Counted from the first letter of the whole stretch, positions 49,701-62,790 are shown. The stretch is 63,978 nucleotides of DNA, filler included, from Hyphochytrium catenoides (GCA_900088475.1; 11 parts of 11 records of this genome joined end to end with filler, not necessarily neighbours in it), one strand, 5' to 3'. The notes: generated by a model from the letters alone, not told the origin. Program-made: numbers and translations.

Positions 49701-50308
49701 CGATTCCTCGTCTGCTGAGCAAGGCGCCCAGCTCTTCTTCATCTATTGCGAAGTGTTAGGCAGCTTCTATCGACGGAAAGGCCCGGAGAAGAACGCTCTG
49801 GCTTACCTTCCCTACTCTGTCAACGTTACCCGGCTCGAAGTGTCTCCACCTATGAACCAAGAGGCGCGGAGAGCCGCAGAACAGAGAAGAACGCAATGTG
49901 AGAAGGAGAGAGAAGAGAGGTGGAAGATACGAATCGTGTTCCGTCTGCTTCTATCTCGTCAGGAAGGAGTCTCTACGGCATCCTGCTCTCTCTTACGCAT
50001 ATCTTCCCCTATCTATCTGCCTTACTTCCTACCCCTCATTCTTTCTCTCTCTCTCTCTCTCTCGTTCTCTGTCCCTGTTCGGACCTGGAGTGGAAGGGAA
50101 CCTGTGAGGCTCCCTGGGGGAAGTTCTCCCTCATGACTTCAAGCACGAGATCCACCATCGCCTGCATCTTCTCTGGTTCTAGTTTGAAGTTCTTGGAGTT
50201 TCCCTCTGCTATAATGTCAAACACCTGACGACATCGCTCGCGAATAGCAGGAAGGTTGCGCAAGTAGGTCACTGCCTCCCTCTCTGCGTCTGAAGTGCTT
50301 GATGCCAT
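46765..50308 (-). CDS. URC4: URC4/Urg3 (DUF1688) uracil catabolism family protein; more than 12 short exons
   Basis: Spliced motifs in order: YLRNLPAIRERC, VPFHSRWRHF, LIDLAMVSVLLDAGAGDAWKY, RSEGLGVASFHMF, GFQVDPANNPLTGCEGR, RPGNL, GDVWPH, VPFHKLSQWLTYSLMEP, GLAEYRNGGLLVD, VVEWRAATV, LECGTWKAGRVIA and PPIAIKSDGTVF-stop. Confidence 0.93.
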
Positions 50309-51252
50309 AGCTCAGGCTCTGGAGCAAGAGGACTTTGCTGTTCTCTCTCTCTTTGTTCCTCTCCGTGGATGGTGCTCAGCTGCGCCAAGTCTGTCGTGGG
50401 TCTACTGCAGATTATGGGAAGGACTTCAGCTGATCTTCGGAAGATCCTGCCGGGATAATGCGGACTGCTTTGAGACTCAAAAGCTTTCCGTGAACGGGAA
50501 GCGGCATCAGGGAAGTAAGAGACAGAGAGACAGAGAGAGATAGAAAGAGAGAGACAGAGAGAGAGAAAGAGAGAGAGAGAGAGAAAGAGAGATAACGAGA
50601 GAGAGAGAGAGAGAGGGGGGGANNNNNNNNNNNNNNNNNNNNNNNNNNNNNNNNNNNNNNNNNNNAGAGAGAGAGAGGGAGAGAGAGAGAGAGAGAAAGA
50701 AAAGAGAAGCTGCAATCACGGATATCTTCAACCGCCAAAGCGACCGCTAACCGCTAGCGGCCGTTAACCGCCCTCCTGAAACTTTGGTGAGAATCCTTTG
50801 AAATCTTCATCGACTCATAGTAAGAAGTGCCTCCTGACCTCTTTCTTTCCACTGATTTCTATATGATTAACGTTGCTCTGTCTTGGTGAGGAAGGAGATA
50901 ATACGGGAGCATCTGTCCTTGATTGACTTTATCTTCGGGGGTGACTAGAGCGGAGTAGTAATACGCTACTCAATATAGATGGTCGGCTGTAATAGCCTGA
51001 GATAGTAATGCGCTGTCCATCAGTCGCTTTTCTGTAGCAATCACTGACTTGACTTTTAATAGGAGACGAGACAGAGTGGGCCCTAATAACGGCAAAACAG
51101 CCAGAAATGGTGAGAGAGAGATGTAGATAGAATATTAGCAAGCGAAAAGGGAGAAAGAGTCCCAGAGAGAGAAGAAGAGAGCTCAAGAGATATGAAGACG
51201 TAATAGTGATATAGGAGGATCGACCCCACAAAGACGAGACAGAGAAGGAGAG

Positions 51253-51352
51253 NNNNNNNNNNNNNNNNNNNNNNNNNNNNNNNNNNNNNNNNNNNNTTAA
51301 TTAATTAANNNNNNNNNNNNNNNNNNNNNNNNNNNNNNNNNNNNNNNNNNNN
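51253..51352. other. Artificial contig-joining linker
   Basis: N44-TTAATTAATTAA-N44. Confidence 0.97.
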
Positions 51353-52353
51353 AGCACCATCGCCGAGTCGAAGATGCTGATGGTAGCCGTAGCGGCTGCC
51401 ACGTTAGAAGGCCCCCACACAGTGAACACCTTATAACATTTATGCCAGGAGAGGGAATGACACATAAGCAACAAAGCCCCAGATAAAGCAATAGCTGCTA
51501 GACAAAGCTTACTGAGCCTGACGGGTACAGCAGCAGACAAAATAATAGCCGTTGAACAACGTTACAAAGAGTATATTATAGGAGAAGGGCATCGAAAGCC
51601 GTAGCTTGGACACAGAGCTGCAGGATTAACGCTCAGTGATCCTGGAACCTACCAGATACGAATCAATACTAAGGTCTCTGTAGGTCACGGGCAAAGTGAC
51701 CCACTCATCCCAGGTCACGATAGAGCCATTGCAACGAGGTGGATTTCTTGTCCTGAGTAAAGAAAGGGAGAAGCAAAAGGCATGGAGGAGGCGCCAATCA
51801 CTATATGTGGGCTCTGGAAGAAAGGTGACTCAAATAAAGCAAAACTCCATGGTGATGCCGATTAGAAGGAGAAAGAAACACTTGATAGCCCTGAGGCATC
51901 TTTGCAGCTTAAACGACGATTCACGATACAAACGCCTCGGTACAGATAGACCCACTTCTGCCGAAGTACGATGATGAAGAGAAGTGAGAGGGTAGAAGAG
52001 GAGGGCGGGGGTGTCCGAAAGGGAATAAGTCCTCAACGCGCGGGAAGCGGCTAAAGCTTACGTGATGGGCATTGGATACATCCGGAACCCTTCGGTGATG
52101 ATCTGAACCGTGACTAAAAGCTCTGAGTGTGGGGCATCTCGGTGACTATCGCCAGGAGGGATCTAAGGAATAGGAGTAACCACGGAAAGCATCGCGATTA
52201 GAGCCGAGCGTAAAGCTTCAAAGTTGATTGGCCCCTTAGCACGATTGCAAATCTTGAAGACAAAAGGGAGGCGAATAGGGAGACTTTGGGCTAGCTCGAT
52301 GCCATTACCTGCTGGAGCACTTTGGGAATAGGACTCTGAGGATCAGCCGGCAC
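51353..52353 (-). CDS. VPS34: Class III PI3-kinase Vps34, partial (N-terminal C2 domain exons)
   Basis: Exons 52162-52062, 51752-51653 and 51429-51353 splice in phase to SELLVTVQIITEG...MPITTRN...WDEWVTLPVTYRDLSIDSYLVFTVWGP...ATISIFD. This matches the Vps34 C2 pattern (sdLyVtcQ...WnEWl.LPv.Y.DL...ltiW). Upstream IRLPFVFKI resembles the Vps34 N-terminus. Confidence 0.75.
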
Positions 52354-52453
52354 NNNNNNNNNNNNNNNNNNNNNNNNNNNNNNNNNNNNNNNNNNNNTTA
52401 ATTAATTAANNNNNNNNNNNNNNNNNNNNNNNNNNNNNNNNNNNNNNNNNNNN
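52354..52453. other. Artificial contig-joining linker
   Basis: N44-TTAATTAATTAA-N44. Confidence 0.97.
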
Positions 52454-54909
52454 TAGTAACGTCGGGCGAGCCCTAGGCGAAGCCTAAAGCTATTGATAAA
52501 AGACACACTTATTTAGGTTACGTGGTCTACTGACATGGTCAGAAGTGTGTAGGACTTCTGGGATCCTGATAATCATCTGGTTATACTGTTGTCTAGTCTG
52601 CTCTTGTTAGTAACTGCGTTTTGCATTATCTACAGCAAGACCGAGTTGCCCTGTCTTCACGTCCCATGATGAAATACCTTGTGAGTATGACTTAGTTACC
52701 AGACCAGAACTTTTGAAATACTTGCTTTGTGTCTTCTCCCTCTTGTGAGGTAGAACTCAAGAGGTTTTGCAGCTTTGGCTCTCAACATATAGGTCGGCGC
52801 TCCTCTGCAATCTTTGCATCGTTCCAGCTCCCTTCACGATCTTTCTGTGCTCGCTAGCGTTTACAAGGAAGAGAGTTCATGTGATCCTCCTCAAATCTTT
52901 CTTTCCCATGATACAGGTGAATCCGTAAGGTCTATGATGTCACTGAGAGCTAGGTGTGTATAGAGAGTCACTAACTGTACTACTGCCAACAAGCACTATT
53001 GTAGCACTCAACAACACTCTCCCGCATACCTAGTTTTTCTAATCATCAGTGGTAACGCACCACATGGCCTCACTCACTCGCTCTCTCTCCCGGCAGACGA
53101 AGGCTCCGGGATTCTAATTCAGGACCTCTGTATTTTATGCGGACACCCTAAACAGTATGCACCTTCTTACACCATACGTCCGCTTATCTGATCTCCTTCT
53201 TGATTATATACCAGGGTTTTCCCCTTTGCGTCGTCGCTGTACAATTTTTGGTTCCAGCGTCGATCACCACAGTTTAGCAGCCTCGACCGTGTACAAACCA
53301 CTTCTGGTGGGCCAAGAATACAGCCAGAAATTTGGATTACCGGGCATTTGATAAAAGTCGGCCAAACTGAGATTTTGTTACAAATCGACACCCAAGGGGG
53401 GGAGATTTATGATCACAATTGTGAAGGNNNNNNNNNNNNNNNNNNNNNNNNNNNNNNNNNNNNNNNNNNNNNNNNNNNNNNNNNNNNNNNNNNNNNNNNN
53501 NNNNNNNNNNNNNNNNNNNNNNNNNNNNNNNNNNNNNNNNNNNNNNNNNNNNNNNNNNNNNNNNNNNNNNNNNNNNNNNNNNNNNNNNNNNNNNNNNNNN
53601 NNNNNNNNNNNNNNNNNNNNNNNNNNNNNNNNNNNNNNNNNNNNNNNNNNNNNNNNNNNNNNNNNNNNNNNNNNNNNNNNNNNNNNNNNNNNNNNNNNNN
53701 NNNNNNNNNNNNNNNNNNNNNNNNNNNNNNNNNNNNNNNNNNNNNNNNNNNNNNNNNNNNNNNNNNNNNNNNNNNNNNNNNNNNNNNNNATAAATGCTGA
53801 TCACAAATCGCTCCAATTGTCAAGTTTACAGTTAAATCACCGACTACAACTAGGGTCTGACAATTACCCAGTTGGTCAACTGGGGTTGTATACATATTTG
53901 CAGAGTCTCTCTCTTGTCAAATAACCTGGATCCTCGATACTCTTGTCTTCCATGAGTTTTTACTATACTTAGCGGCCAAAATAGATTTGGCGGCAAAGCA
54001 TGCCGCCCCAATCTCCTCTGACGATGATAATGATGATAATGCTCGTCCCGCGTCTGCAGAGTCGCAGCAGCTCTGTGTCGATCGACTGATCGGTCGCCCC
54101 AATCTGCTGGACACCGCCTGGCAAACACTTCCTCCTGCTGGATGACCAACCGATCTGAAGAAGAGGCAGAACCAGTGCAGCAGAAAATCCGCAATAGCTT
54201 GACGAGAAAGCCACGCAAGTCGTCTTCTTCTTCATCATCCCCGTCACCTTCTTCAAGAAGGACGATGGGGCAGTCAAAAGAGGACCCGGCCCAGAATAAA
54301 AAAGAGAGGTAGATGCCGGACGCAAGAAGGCTCAAAAGAGTGAAAATCGAGCACCAGCTTAAAAGAGTCCTGATCTGGGATCCCCAGGCATTTCTCCCTT
54401 CCCTACTACGACCATTCCACTAGAAGAGGATCCCTCAGTCTCTCAAGTTCTCCACCGTGCCGCCCTGGTCATGGCTCTAAAGGTTAAACGCCACCGAACA
54501 CTGGTACCTGGTAATCCCACCGCTGTTCTGGATCATTGCAAGCAAGCACTTCAGGACGTTATCAGAAAGGACGGGGTAGGAATACTCGAGGAGCTACGTA
54601 AGGCAATAGGAGGAAAGAAGGCATGTTCGGGACAGATGATCAGCAAGGAATTGCTCTGGATAACCTTATGGATAGGTTTGGCTCGGCACAATTCACCGAG
54701 AAGACGAGTAACAATGGCAGGAGGACCAAAGGGTAGTAAGGCTAAGAATGAAAGCAAATCAGAGGAAGATGAGAGCTCGAACGACGAGGAAACAGCCAGT
54801 AGTAGAAAGTCCAGCTCTTCTCGTCAGGAGCCAGAAAGAAGCGAGGTGAGGAGAGTCATAGAACCAAAAATAGGGAATGTTGCTCTGATACCTGAACTTC
54901 ACGACTCCG

Positions 54910-55900
54910 TTGAACCCTGGCTATAAAACTCAGGATGTACCTGCAAGAAGCAGAAGTGGCTCCCCTTCTTCCGGTGGCTTTCTCCATCAAAATAGCAACA
55001 TGGATGCCGAAGAGGAAGAAGAAGAGGGATATGAAGGATATGAAAATGAGATAGAAACCAGCTCAGATGGAGGGGATAGCCCAGAACACCAGTCTCAACC
55101 GGCAGATTCCAGTCATCGTACCAAGCAAGAAAACAAGCAAACGAAGAGAGACAAAAGTACAACTGCTAAAAATGCAAAGCAACTACGCCTTCCAGGAGCT
55201 GCCCAAGTCAAGTTCTTTGAGCTGTGTACGTCTCCGGCCCTTAGCATTGCTTCACTTAGTATTCACCTTTTGTGGTTACGCAAGTATGTCTAACCTGCAT
55301 CACTCTTCTCTTTTTGATAGTGTTGGAACTAAAACCATACACCTGGGAAACAGCAAAGAAGAAAAAAGAGGTCTGGAACAAATTGGTTGACAACCTTCAA
55401 GCTTGGGATGACGATCCAGAAAGAGAGGGAACATGACTGTCAAGAGCTCTCTGATCACAGTGGCAGCTTTGAAAAGGAAGCTCGCGCTGATCGTTCCCAT
55501 GGCCGTGCAAGAAGACTTTTTGGAGCGGTACCGCAGCCGATGCGAACAAGAAGATGGTCCAGAAGTATGCTGTCCTATATCACGAAGAACAGAAAGCATC
55601 ACTGTAGTAAGACCCTACTACCGAGCTGCTGCTTGCGTACTATTATTGGTTTTAGCGCTTTTTATCTTTTGGTCCTGTTCATCTAGCAAGAAGTTATCAG
55701 ACGAGAAGAGCTATAAAGCCAAGAAGAAAGCAGACAGAGATAAGGAAGCTATAAAAACCCTCAAGGAGAGACAAGTGAAGGAATACGATATCAGAAGTGC
55801 TGAAGACGAATTAGCAGCAGCTGCCAAGAAGAAGCGGAAGTATGAGAAGGCCCAACCTGATGAAATGGGAGAAGCGCTATTGAAGCCTTCCACTCGGTAA
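54910..55900 (+). pseudogene. Degenerate spliced gene with a possible Myb/SANT-like (trihelix) segment
   Basis: An intron at 55226-55320 joins QVKFFEL to LLELKPYTWETAKKKKEVWNKLVDNL. The frame then stops at an overlapping ATGA (55433-55436) and continues in another frame as ITVAALKRKL, then a charged coiled-coil. The domain call rests on motif resemblance only. Confidence 0.3.
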
Positions 55901-56605
55901 GAAAGCGTGGTTGCGTTATCCCCTATTCCTCCTGTTATACAAATCCTCACTAAGCTTGCTCCATCCTTATTATTATTATAAGATCCCTTATGTCTTTTTC
56001 TTGCTCCTCCTTCAGATTTTTTCCTGCATTGCTTTTTTGATCAAGCTTCAAACTTGACTATTTCAACTCTTTGTTAGATTATATGGGATGATTGGACAAT
56101 GTCATTAGATGAGAGTGCTCTACTTATACGCCCAACAGAGGTTCCATAACCTAGAGCTACTCTGAGTATGCCAACTATTCCTAATAAACCCTAAGATATG
56201 GAGTTATAGGAATATCCCTGTCTAGAATAGTCAGTCCTGGAGGTGTCCTGGGGTACTGACCATAAGCCATAGATATAAACAGGGACATTTCGCTTGCTTC
56301 ATATCTCGGCTTCTACTGGGAGTTTAGAGCTGAAACTTGGGTAGTTAAGCTTGCCAGCTTGTAGTCCACATAGCTGTGCCCGCAGACTCCAACACTCTTC
56401 TCTGTGTAGATTGAATGATCAGGAGGATAATTTGGGTGACCTTGTGAGAGAGCTCTAAAAGGCTCACAGTATTTAGTTCGCTACTTCAAACCTCGCCTCA
56501 CCTACGTGACTCTGTACTACATCTCTTTGATGTACTTAGCGAGGAAGACAGCTCCCTCCCCAACAATCCGACTCGTAAAGGAATTTCTAATCAACCATCC
56601 ATTGC

Positions 56606-57499
56606 TATAAGGCACGACTCTTTGCTCAAGGCTACAATCAGAAACAGGGGATCGATTACAACGAGGTCTTCGCTCCACTGGTCAGCTATGAGTCCGTCCG
56701 ATGTATTTTCTCTTTAGCTGCGATGTATGTATGACTTGAGATTCATCATCTGGATATTCGAGCTGCCTTTCTCCACCATGGAGATCTTGACGAGACCATA
56801 TACATGCGGCAACCCCCGGGATTCGCTCAACCAGGACAGGAACATCTGGTTTGTAAGCTAAAGCGCAGCCTTTATGGGCTCAAACAAAGTCCTCGCCAAT
56901 GGAACAAAGTAGTAGACAGTTATCTTCGACAACGGATTTGAAGCAGCTTGTGTTAACCTTGCGGCTACATCAACAGATCCGAGGAGGATGGCAAGCCGAC
57001 CATCGTGTCGACTTTCGTAGACAACCTGCTGATCTTCGCGCAAGCAACAATCGTGCGGATCAAGTTAAAGGACAGATTTGATGTGAAGGACTTAGGAGAA
57101 CTCCAATACTTCCTAGGAGTAGAAGTTACTAGGGATCGAAAGTATCGGAAGATTTACCTTCGCCAACGAAGATTTATTCAAGACCTTCTGAAGCGTTATG
57201 GCATGGAAGATTGTAACCCAATCAGCACGCCTGTTACTCCTGGTGAAAGGCTACCCAAGGCAGACTCCCTCTCTACATTGACTTCTGAAGAGGAGCAGAA
57301 GAATTTACTTAAGATACCGTACAGGAATGCTGTTGGCAGTCTTATGCATCTGATGGTAGCCTCCAGGCCGGAGATAGCCTTCGCGGTACAATCGGTTTAG
57401 CCAGCATATGACTAACTATAGACAGACTCACTGGACCGCTGTGAAGCGGAAACTGAGATATCTGAAAGGGACTGCAGACCACTTCTTATGTCTAGGAGG
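56606..57499 (+). mobile_element. Ty1/copia LTR-retrotransposon reverse transcriptase remnant (RVT_2), frameshifted, truncated by the scaffold end
   Basis: [57 protein letters not shown], degraded catalytic motif FVDNLL (normally YVDDLL), KDLGELQYFLGVEV, PYRNAVGSLM and RPEIAFAV; several frameshifts. Confidence 0.93.
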
Positions 57500-57599
57500 N
57501 NNNNNNNNNNNNNNNNNNNNNNNNNNNNNNNNNNNNNNNNNNNTTAATTAATTAANNNNNNNNNNNNNNNNNNNNNNNNNNNNNNNNNNNNNNNNNNNN
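57500..57599. other. Artificial contig-joining linker
   Basis: N44-TTAATTAATTAA-N44. Confidence 0.97.
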
Positions 57600-57792
57600 A
57601 AGAGAGAGAGAGAGAGAGAGAGAAGAGGAGGGGAAGGTACGGTCGGAGAATAGCGAGGGCTTGTTTGAGGCAGCGGACATTTGCTGTGCAGCGTCTGCAA
57701 GGAGCCTGAAGCTTCTCCGTCATTAACGTTTCTCTTACTCGCTCTCTACCTCATTCTCTCTTTCATTTGTTTTAAACGCTCCCACTTCTCAG

Positions 57793-59825
57793 ATCAGAGA
57801 AAGTCTGCTTCTTCTGAAGAGAAAGATGGTCAAAGTTATGGCCAAGCTCGGAGACTTTGCACGCAAGGTTTGCATTGTCTTACGCCTCGCCCAGTCCAGA
57901 TTTGCACGCTCATAGTCTCAATCATCACTTCTTGCTCGCGCTGTGTATAGTACAAGGATCTGCCGACCCTTGGCTTTACTCATTACCAGCCGGCACAGAT
58001 CGTCACTGTTGGGAAGAGAGCGACGCTGTGGTTGCAGGTAAGCTTTGCCGTCGTGCCCTGGTTTTACACTTCTTGTACGTACTCTACCTATGCTACCCCT
58101 TCCGCACCGCCGCTCTTGAGGCAAGCGCTTTCGCACGAGTCGTTTCCCTACTGGCCCTTCGTATAGCTCCTTACATACCTGTCGTCGATGTCTCCTCCTC
58201 CCCGCTTTCTCTATCCTCGTTCCTCTTTCTGGACCGATGTGTGCTTCCTCATTCGCAAATGATTGTATCTGTTCACTGACTCTGTCTCTTCATATTTCAT
58301 TGGCTATTCAGGACTTCTGGCTTGACTTTCAAGAACTGGAGCGGCGTTTGGAAGACCTCCCAATGAGAGGAGTGAAGGGAACAACAGGGACGCAGGCATC
58401 TTTCCTGGAACTCTTTGGAGGGGATCACGAGAAGGTAGCGAATCTTCTGTGCTTCTTTTCTGCTCACTTCTTCTTGGCGTACACTCTAAAGAGTTGTGTC
58501 GAAAGCACCTGCCGGTCTTTTCCTGGAGCAACATTGCTTATTTCTGTGACTCACTCGGTGTCACAGGTGAAGGAGCTGAACCGTAAGGTAGCAGCCCGCA
58601 TGAACTTCAAGCATGTCATCCCGGTCTCAGGACAGACTTACACCAGGAAGATAGACTACCAGGTGGCCATCCTTGTCTTCCTTTCACTTTCGTTAGTAGT
58701 TCTACTTTCCGCTCCTGCTCTATCTATTAGTCCTTGCTTGAGGTCCAAGCCCTAAAGCGGGCTGCGTTTCCTGTGTTAGCTATCGAGTCCGCATGCCGTC
58801 CGTGATCCTCCTCGGTTGCTACCCTTATCGCTGAATTTCTCAGACCTTTACCTTGCTAAATAGTCTGCCTTCTTCACTTCTCACTATCTCACTGCATGTT
58901 GCTTCTATGCATTGGCTCCCAGGTGCTATCCCTGCTTTCTGGAATTGCCCAGTCAGCGTATAAGCTGGCAGGTGCGTAGTGAACGACTCTTTCTCCTTCT
59001 GAGAGCCACTTCAGAGTTCCTCGTCAATGGAGCAGCTTAGCTACACTGCTCTCCCCTTCAACACCCATGATTGTCTCCTATCCTCTCCCTGCCTGTGTTA
59101 TGTTCCGGTCCAGATTTTCCTAGAATAGGCGCGCAACCATCACAGTGCTCTAACGGCCCACCTCGCTGCTCAATTCTATTGCTGTTACTGCCATACGACT
59201 TAATAGGTGACATCCGCCTCCTTGCTAGCATGAAAGAGGTAGAGGAACCTTTTGAGAAGAACCAGGTCGGAAGCTCTGCCATGGCTTACAAGCGCAACCC
59301 TATGCGAAGCGAGAGAATTTGCTCGCTTGCCCGCTACGTAATGAGCTTAGAGGGGAATGCAGCCCATACGCATGCCAACCAGTGGTTCGAGAGGACACTG
59401 GATGACTCTGCCAACAGGTATAGTAGCAAGTTTCCGTGCTTCGATCCTTTTAGGCTGCCATGTTATGACAGCGTGGCCCATGCTGCCTCTCTAAAGTTAG
59501 TGGTTGGCATCATATTATACCTTTCAACTGGATGGTACTGGTTAACCCTCTTTGTGTCGTGGATGTGACGAAGCCGTCTATATCCCCAAAAATGTCTCTT
59601 CTTCTACGCTTGCCTAGTGTTAGTCAAACCCTTGTGTTAATTGGCATTATTGTGGGCAGCTGAACGAGTGTCTGCTGAGGCACCGAGAATCGCTTTCAGA
59701 AGGTGGCGGCCTATTGTTGGTGAATTGACTCTGTTATCCTTTGCAGGCGCATTGTTCTTCCTGAGGGCTTTCTGGCTACTGATGTCATCCTCAACCTTGT
59801 GAGCAACGTTTGTGATGGGCTGCAA
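57793..59825 (+). CDS. ADSL: Adenylosuccinate lyase, internal part (7 exons)
   Basis: Exons 57793-57867, 57951-58037, 58312-58434, 58567-58662, 58923-58971, 59207-59417 and 59747-59825. Motifs: [34 protein letters not shown], the fumarate-lyase signature [15 protein letters not shown], and [14 protein letters not shown]. Confidence 0.96.
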
Positions 59826-59925
59826 NNNNNNNNNNNNNNNNNNNNNNNNNNNNNNNNNNNNNNNNNNNNTTAATTAATTAANNNNNNNNNNNNNNNNNNN
59901 NNNNNNNNNNNNNNNNNNNNNNNNN
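59826..59925. other. Artificial contig-joining linker
   Basis: N44-TTAATTAATTAA-N44. Confidence 0.97.
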
Positions 59926-60267
59926 AAGACAGGAGGAGCTAGCCAACCGAGTGGGGCATTCTCTTTCTCTCCTCTCTTTATGCTTCTTTGTTACGCCGTC
60001 CTTTCTTAGTCCTTACCCTTCTTTCCTGCCGCCTTTATGAGGAAGCACACCTTAGTGAATGATTTATCCCCTATGTGCAGTCCAAGGATGTGGGACAGCC
60101 CACGGAGGATGCAATTGCTAATGTCCTCCTCATAGCTCAAATGCTTTCGCCGACCGCTATGTTGTGTACTCCGCTCCTGTTGGCTGCGCTCTAGCTCTTG
60201 CTAGTACGTGCAACTACTCTTCTGCTATCGTCACTGACCAGTGCGGCGTCGCGATGGCCTCCCGTAG

Positions 60268-60761
60268 ACACGATATTCGGAGGAGGACATCCCACTCGTA
60301 CTAGGCGGACATGTCTTTGTGGACCTCAATGAGAGAGGTTAGTCACATCTGCAATCTGAAGAAGAGTTACACTAGTAGACAGGGTGAAGGTTCTATCAGC
60401 AGAGACCTTATTGTGAGAGATGGCATTTTCTCCCGTCATACCTTCATTTATGACTAACGGGAGACGTTTTAGAGGAGGAGGAGGCCAATATGAAAGAAGT
60501 TCCGAAAGACTTGTCTATTCTTTCTCTTAAGGAGGATGACATTGCGAAGCTAGTTCCAGAGAGGATCTATTCTATCTCTTTCCATCCCACTTCAACCAAG
60601 GTATGTTATGTTCCTGGCTTCTTTAGCTTATTCCTCCTCTCCCTTGTCATAGTGTCACAACTTTGACGGAGGAACTTCCCAGCCTATTCTCCTCGCCGGA
60701 GACAAACGCGGCATGTTAGGCATCTGGGATGTAAATCATACACCGGAAGGAGAGGATGACG
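60268..60761 (+). CDS. WDR76: WD40 protein, WDR76/Cmr1-like, partial
   Basis: Exons 60268-60337, 60473-60600 and 60683-60761 give IAKLVPERIYSISFHPTSTKPILLAGDKRGMLGIWD, the characteristic first blade of WDR76/Cmr1. Confidence 0.75.
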
Positions 60762-61003
60762 GTAAGATAGCAACAAAAGTGGAGACGGTGGGACTGAAAT
60801 GGAGAGGGCCAAGTCCCATGATGGGCAATGGAGCAGGGAAAGAGAGACAAACCTTTGAAAAGAGGCGCGAGTTCTAATCTTGGGCAGAGTCACCTGCGCC
60901 CTGAAGAAAAGGAGTCTTAGAGTTGATTATTGTCACTGAAAGAGGTGAAACTGAAATAAGGACGACAAAAAGATGAGAGAGGAGAGAGAGAGAGCTGGGG
61001 GGG

Positions 61004-61103
61004 NNNNNNNNNNNNNNNNNNNNNNNNNNNNNNNNNNNNNNNNNNNNTTAATTAATTAANNNNNNNNNNNNNNNNNNNNNNNNNNNNNNNNNNNNNNNNN
61101 NNN
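61004..61103. other. Artificial contig-joining linker
   Basis: N44-TTAATTAATTAA-N44. Confidence 0.97.
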
Positions 61104-62790
61104 TTCGTCGTCAGTGGACACATACTACATACTACTCTAGGAGTAGAGCCAATACCTACATACAACAACTACTTGAGCAAAACATTTCTTCTTCTTCAAA
61201 CCAATGCCCAGGAGAGCATAAAAGACTTCTTGACATACAATTCGTTGAGAATGTAACTTCCGCCCTCCAGTCTCAACCCAACCAATGGTGTACTCCTATA
61301 GATGTACAGCAGGAACGCTTTTTTCCCCCTTCCTCGCTCTGGACAAGTACTAGAGAGCGAGGAGCTCCATTTCCACTTTTTTGCTTCTTGTTGCAGCTTG
61401 CCCTCCGAGGAAGATTATCCGGACCTAGAGCCAAGCCTCCTCCTCTTGCTACTACACACTCCTGGTAGGAAGTACCGTTTTGCTGCAGTGCTAAATAAGG
61501 CAGGATGATGGTGGTGGGGAGCAGTGAACAACAGATGACGACAACAATAGGTCATGCCCAGCACCTTTGTACAACTACAGAGGTAGAGACGTCTGTTATC
61601 TGACACCGGTGTTCTGCTGGTATTGACAATAACCTGCAAGTAGTAGCTGCTCCACGTCCACGCCTCCCCCCCTCCGTCCTCGCTCTTATCGTCTGATGAA
61701 GAGAGAAGATGTATTATTATTATACGGAAGGGTCCGTTGTCCTTCCTTCCTTCTTCTCCCCAAGAAGGCTCCAAGCTTTAAAAAATAATAGGTAGGCGCT
61801 CTTCCTGGTAAACGGTAGTAGGTGGAGCAGTACTGTTTGCGGATCTACAGAGTCTGCGATCCCATGAGCCCATGAGGTAGCTTCTTGTTGACAGTTTTCT
61901 TCTGTGCCTATTGTGTGATGAGTGCAGAGCTATAGCCTTTAGTTCCTGCCACTCCTCCTAATAATAACCTCTAGAAGACACGCTGCCTCTGTTTTTAATT
62001 AAAATACAAGCGCTTGGAGACAAGAAGAAAGAGGGGAGGAAACAATGTTTGTGACTTTCTTACCTTCCTACCCGCCTTCCTGACTTATACCCCAGACACC
62101 CAGACCTTCCGCGCTAATCCTATTCCGGGGCGCCGACCTATGGGTGGTCAGGTATAGACCTATTGACAGCTATTGGTTCTGATGCCTCACTACCAAACCC
62201 TCCATTCCCACCTGAAGATAAGCCGCGTAAATTTCTTATGATCGCTTGGTTGCTCTATTAGAATAAAGCTGTGCACTTTTTCCTCCCTACCACCTCGGGC
62301 AGACAGAGTATAAAAGAAAGGTTGGTAAGCGGGACGCTACGAGAGCCATTTCATAGAACACAATATAGGCCAAGTGGGGAGACAGAGGGCCACCGAGATG
62401 TCGGGGAGGAAGAGAGAGACAGAGATGGAAAGAAAAGGACGAAAAGGGAAGAAACAGAAGAACTGAGTCAGAGACATAGAAACGCCAGAATTGAGGACTG
62501 AGCGGGCAGACAGAGAGTAAAAGAGAATTGTAGGACAAAGACAGAGTAACCACGGGACAAACTAAAGTTAGTAAAAATATGGTTGGAGACATAAAGCGAG
62601 ATCTCAGTAGAGAAGTAAAATCGAGACAGAGAAGGAGAGGAGCCAGGCAGGAGAGGAGTAGAAGCGGAAGTGATGGCCGGGCAGTAGCAGCAGGAAGGGA
62701 AGAGGGAAGTGGATTCAAGAGGTAAGACGGTTAGTCGATGCTAGCGAGATGACGGCGAGGGCGGGAAGTGGAGAGAGAGAGAGAGAGAGA

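Noticed and set aside
52062-52110. IITEGFRMYP as a cytochrome P450 ExxR motif or an E2 enzyme motif
   Set aside because: In-phase downstream exons give the Vps34 C2 signature (WDEWVTLPVTYRDL), and there is no heme-binding motif.
43522-59825. A nucleotide/RNA-metabolism gene cluster (METTL16, URC4, ADSL, Tpt1)
   Set aside because: ADSL is on a different scaffold; the others are separated by unrelated genes and share no pathway.
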